Shown: piece after piece, positions 48,526 to 52,054 of the stretch | Layout: the number at the start of each line of letters is the position of its first letter | Numbering within the stretch: position 1 is the first letter of the stretch | NCBI GenBank assembly: GCA_044222475.1 | Contig: JBGANF010000046.1 | Span: 1 to 52,054 of the forward strand | DNA: 52,054 nt | Direction: 5' to 3' | Source of the DNA: Polyangiaceae bacterium | GTDB lineage: Bacteria > Myxococcota_A > Polyangia > Polyangiales > Polyangiaceae | Made by a program: the position numbers and the translations under genes | Notes under the pieces: model-generated | What the model saw: only the letters and a program-made list of their open reading frames with translations | What the model was told of the DNA's origin: nothing | Database searches by the model: none

Positions 48526-49364
48526 CGCGCGATCAGGCGCAGCACTCGAAACCGCTGCCCCGCGTACGGCGCGAGGAGCTCCGCCATTCGCTCGTCACTC
48601 CCGTGCGGGACGTCCTCGAAGAACTTCGACACCTCGTGCGGTAGGTGCACGTCACCGAACGGTACCGCGTCGGGATCGCCGAGCCCGTAGCCCAGGACCA
48701 TCTCCGTCGTCCACACGCCGGTACCACGCAGGGACATCATGAGCTCCCGCACCTTGGCGCGATCGTCCCGCGCGCGCTCCAGGTGCGGCGCCGCCCGCAC
48801 CGCGATCTGAAGCGCCTGGTAGCGCTTGAGCTCGACGCCGTGCTCGCGGAGCTCGTACGACGGGACCTTGCGCCACGCCTCGGGGTCCAGCGGAAGCACG
48901 ACGCGGTCGGTGCCTGGCGCCGCGACGTTGCGCCGAAGCGTGATCCGCGCCCACGCCGTCGCAGCCTCGGTGAACTTGACCCGCTGCTGGAGCACGGCGG
49001 CGACGTGTACCTCGCTCACGCTGATCGCTTGCCCGAGCCGCAGCCCACGGGCGCGGCGTTGCGCGTTCAGGAGGCGGCGGTGCGTGGTGACGAAAGCGTC
49101 CGGCCGATCGAGCAGCCCGAGGATCGCCGGCGCGCGCTCTTCGGTCCACGCCGTGCCGGGCCCGTCGAGCTCGACGTCGAGCATCCCATCTTGGGACCGA
49201 TGACGCACCGTCATCGTCACGGGGCCATCCGGCGTGTGGGCCGCTTTCAGCATCGATGCGCGATCGACGATCGCGGTCGGATCGCGGAGGCCGAACCGCA
49301 TGCCGGCGAGCGTCGACGCGAGCTCGTACGGCCCGTGCGTCGGGAGCGAGAAGCTCCGCGTCAC
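48522..49364 (-). CDS. DNA-3-methyladenine glycosylase II family (HhH-GPD) protein
   Basis: AVLQQRV, LRGTGVWT...GDPDAVPFGDVHL, LLAPYAGQR; GTGA overlap with puuD. Confidence 0.82.
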   Translation of the reverse strand: MTRSFSLPTHGPYELASTLAGMRFGLRDPTAIVDRASMLKAAHTPDGPVTMTVRHRSQDGMLDVELDGPGTAWTEERAPAILGLLDRPDAFVTTHRRLLNAQRRARGLRLGQAISVSEVHVAAVLQQRVKFTEAATAWARITLRRNVAAPGTDRVVLPLDPEAWRKVPSYELREHGVELKRYQALQIAVRAAPHLERARDDRAKVRELMMSLRGTGVWTTEMVLGYGLGDPDAVPFGDVHLPHEVSKFFEDVPHGSDERMAELLAPYAGQRFRVLRLIAR

Positions 49365-50563
49365 ATCGCTCCGTGATCGACCCAGCTCCGCAGCACCGCG
49401 CGCTCGTCGTCGGTGCACCCGGTCTTGTTGCCAAGGGGCATGGTCTTCTGCACCGCCGCCCGCTCCTTGATGCGGGGCGCGAGGGCGCGCATCTCGGCCT
49501 CGGTGTCCATCTTGACGCCGTTGGGCGGGACCTTCCAGGTGTCGTCGGTGGGGTGTGCGCTGTGGCACTGAACGCACCGCGCGTCGACGACGCGGCGGGC
49601 GTCGGCGTAGGTCGCGACCTGGGCAGCCTCGGGTTCTTCCTTCGGCTTCGTGAGGAGGAACACCGAGCCGAGCGTCACCATCACCACGCCGGCCGCCCAC
49701 GGGAACCATCCGGACCAACCGAAGCGGATGTTCATCAAGTGACGCACGAGCGCGCCGCCGACCGCGATCACCGCGAGCACGATCCACGCGAGCTTGTTCC
49801 CGTAGGTGCTCGGGAAGTGGTTCGAGATCATGATGAACAGCAGCGGGAACGTCAGGTAGTTGTTGTGGATCGAACGCTGCTTGGCGCGCTGCCCGATCTT
49901 CGGATCCTGCTCGCGGCCCTCCGTCGTCGCGGCGACGAGCTCGCGCTGCGAGGGGACGATCACGAACCACACGTTGCCCGTCATGATCGAGCCGACCGTG
50001 ACGCCCACGTGGATGTACGCCGCGCGTCCGGAGAAGAGGTGAGTGAGCGCGTACGCGAGCCCGACGACGTAGGCGAACGTGATGATCGCGGCGACCACGT
50101 CGTATTTTCGGAGCGGCGAGCTCCACAGCAGATCGTAGAAGAACCACGAGACGACGATCGACGAGACGCCGATCACGATCGCGATCGTCGGGTTCAGCGC
50201 GCGCACGGTGGGATCGACCAACAGCGCGCCCTTGCCGGCGTAATAGACGACGAAGAGGAGCAGGATACCGCTCGCCCACGTGCTGAAGTTCTGCCACTTG
50301 AACCAATGGAGGTTCTTGGGGAGCTCGCCTGGTTTCAGCAGCTTCTTGTCGACGTCGTAGAAGCCGCCGGAGTGGAGCAACCAGATCTTCCCGTCGTATC
50401 CGGCGGGCGCGTCCTTCGGCTTCTCGAGGTTCCGGTCGAGCCAGTTGAAGAGGAGCGAGTTGCCGATCCACATGATGCCGGCGATGAGGTGAACCCATCG
50501 CAGCACGAGGTCGGCGAGCTCGCGGAGGTGCGCTTCCACGACGCGTGGATACCACAATGCCAC
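49361..50563 (-). CDS. puuD: Urate hydroxylase PuuD with C-terminal cytochrome c
   Basis: LRWVHLIAGIMWIG, LHSGGFY, LHWFKW, QRSIHNNYLTFP, MISNHFP, CVQCH, MPLGN; start may be GTG 50539. Confidence 0.9.
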   Translation of the reverse strand: MALWYPRVVEAHLRELADLVLRWVHLIAGIMWIGNSLLFNWLDRNLEKPKDAPAGYDGKIWLLHSGGFYDVDKKLLKPGELPKNLHWFKWQNFSTWASGILLLFVVYYAGKGALLVDPTVRALNPTIAIVIGVSSIVVSWFFYDLLWSSPLRKYDVVAAIITFAYVVGLAYALTHLFSGRAAYIHVGVTVGSIMTGNVWFVIVPSQRELVAATTEGREQDPKIGQRAKQRSIHNNYLTFPLLFIMISNHFPSTYGNKLAWIVLAVIAVGGALVRHLMNIRFGWSGWFPWAAGVVMVTLGSVFLLTKPKEEPEAAQVATYADARRVVDARCVQCHSAHPTDDTWKVPPNGVKMDTEAEMRALAPRIKERAAVQKTMPLGNKTGCTDDERAVLRSWVDHGAM

Positions 50564-50702
50564 AGCAAAACCCTGCGCGCGCGAACCCGGCTATGCGTCG
50601 GAAGTGCGAACGACCGGTCGCGGTTACATCACCCCACCTCAATGATTTCGATGACTTCAACGCACCGCATCATGGCCTGACACTTGCTCATGTAATGGCT
50701 CA

Positions 50703-51728
50703 GTGGTTCAACCAGTCAAACTCCAAGGCGCATCGACCGACCGAAAGGATCTCCTCGGGATCCTCGAGGCGGCGTACCGCCTCGACGGCGACGAGGGCAC
50801 GTGGCTCGCCCGCGTCGTCGACCGGGCCGCCCGCGCGGGGCTGGACCGCGGGCTCGGCGCCTGCGGGATGTTCTACGACCTCACCGGCGGCGTGCGGGTG
50901 TGGAACACCGTCGCGCGCGGCACCCCGGAGGGCGCGCTCGACGCGCTCCGTGCTCTCGAGGAGAGCGCCACGCCGGATCTCGCGAAGCGCTTCTTCGTCG
51001 AAGGGGCGACCTGCACGACGATGAGCGCGCGGCTGAAGCTCGGCGCGCGCATCGCGTCGCACCCGGCGCACCAAGCGTTCCTCGCGCCGCTCGGCATCGC
51101 GGACTTCCTCGGCGTCGGCGCGACCGAGCCGAACGGCAACGGGTGCCTGATCGGCGCGCCGCTCCGCGAGATCGCCTCCGTGCGGCGCGACGACGCGAAG
51201 AGCTGGACGCGCGTCGCGGCTCACGTCGCGGCCGGGCTGCGGCTCCGCCGCGGTCGCCGCGAGATGGAGGCGGTGCTGTCTCCGAGCGGCAAGGTCGAGC
51301 ACGCGGAGGCATCGGCGCAGGGCGCGCTGGACGAGCTCCGCGACGGCGCGCGCGTCGTCGCGGCGGCGACGGCGGCGAAGGAGAGCGGCGCCGTCAGCGC
51401 GCTCGAGTCGTGGCGCGCGCTCACTGGTGGTCGCTGGTCGCTCGTCGACCAGTTCGACCACGACGGCAAGCGCTACATCGTGGCCTACAAGAACGCGCCG
51501 GCGGCCCCGACGAGCGCGGTGGCGTCGCTCACCGAGCGCGAGGCGCAGGTCCTCGGGTACCTGGCCCAAGGCCACTCGAACAAGCTCATCGGGTACGAGC
51601 TCGGTCTGGCGCCGTCGACGGTGGCGATGCACCTCGGGACGGCGGCGGGCAAGCTCGGGACGAAGACTCGCGTCGACCTCGTGAAGGCGGCGCAACGGAT
51701 GCTGAACGAAACCAAGGGAGGTGGGTGA
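50703..51728 (+). CDS. LuxR-type HTH transcriptional regulator
   Basis: LTEREAQVLGYLAQGHSNKLIGYELGLAPSTVAMHL...KLG. Confidence 0.85.
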   Translation: MVQPVKLQGASTDRKDLLGILEAAYRLDGDEGTWLARVVDRAARAGLDRGLGACGMFYDLTGGVRVWNTVARGTPEGALDALRALEESATPDLAKRFFVEGATCTTMSARLKLGARIASHPAHQAFLAPLGIADFLGVGATEPNGNGCLIGAPLREIASVRRDDAKSWTRVAAHVAAGLRLRRGRREMEAVLSPSGKVEHAEASAQGALDELRDGARVVAAATAAKESGAVSALESWRALTGGRWSLVDQFDHDGKRYIVAYKNAPAAPTSAVASLTEREAQVLGYLAQGHSNKLIGYELGLAPSTVAMHLGTAAGKLGTKTRVDLVKAAQRMLNETKGGG

Positions 51729-52018
51729 TGGAATCGATTCAGAGTGCAGTCGTTCCGCGGGGCATGACGTTCGCGGAGTGTGGCGATCACGGGAGCATCG
51801 TCGTCTTCTCGTTTCCGATCGACGACGAGGAGCCGTCGCTCACCGACGCGGAGCGCGAGGTGACGCTGCTCTTGATGAGCGGCGCATCGAACGCCGAGAT
51901 CGCGAAGGCCCGTGGCTGCGCGGTGCGAACCGTGTGCAACCAGGTGCAGAGCTTGTTCCGCAAGCTCGGGGTGTCGTCGCGGACCGAGCTGGTCGCGAAG
52001 CTGCCGCTTCTCGGGTGA
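51728..52018 (+). CDS. Small LuxR-type HTH protein
   Basis: LTDAEREVTLLLMSGASNAEIAKARGCAVRTVCNQVQSLFRKLGVSSR; TGATG overlap with the upstream gene. Confidence 0.85.
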   Translation: MESIQSAVVPRGMTFAECGDHGSIVVFSFPIDDEEPSLTDAEREVTLLLMSGASNAEIAKARGCAVRTVCNQVQSLFRKLGVSSRTELVAKLPLLG

Positions 52019-52054
52019 ACCTCAGGCCCGAGGGTCGAAGCCGTAGAATTTCAC

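Overview
High-GC bacterial chromosomal segment. Gene style (eukaryote-like Ser/Thr kinases, Cys-rich 'DAG' lipoproteins, sigma54 activator) suggests Myxococcota; that is inference only. The first ~4.1 kb lies downstream of a tRNA-Asn(GTT) and looks like the edge of an integrated element. It holds the most striking feature: a single ORF fusing an HflX ribosome-splitting GTPase to a macrolide 2'-phosphotransferase (Mph)-like domain. Upstream are a sigma70-like promoter, an apparently leaderless 10-codon peptide ending in the macrolide-arrest motif RLR (MSFAFFIRLR*), and mutually exclusive hairpins that can bury or free the fusion's Shine-Dalgarno. Together these suggest a macrolide-inducible 'rescue the ribosome and destroy the drug' cassette. 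The rest of the window contains a SWIM-ligase-WGR DNA ligase, three tandem leishmanolysin-like lipoprotein peptidases, ArfB, lipid/redox enzymes with clear palindromic operators, and a sigma54-promoted DabA/DabB/NuoM-like inorganic-carbon pump operon flanked by an atypical receiver and a sensor-less activator. It also has a fluoride riboswitch with a CLC-F exporter, a GGCT/alpha-hydroxy-acid-oxidase fusion, an ECF41-type sigma operon, PuuD and two LuxR regulators. No CRISPR array, rRNA, transposase or integrase was seen. All calls are from motif recognition by eye; no searches were run.
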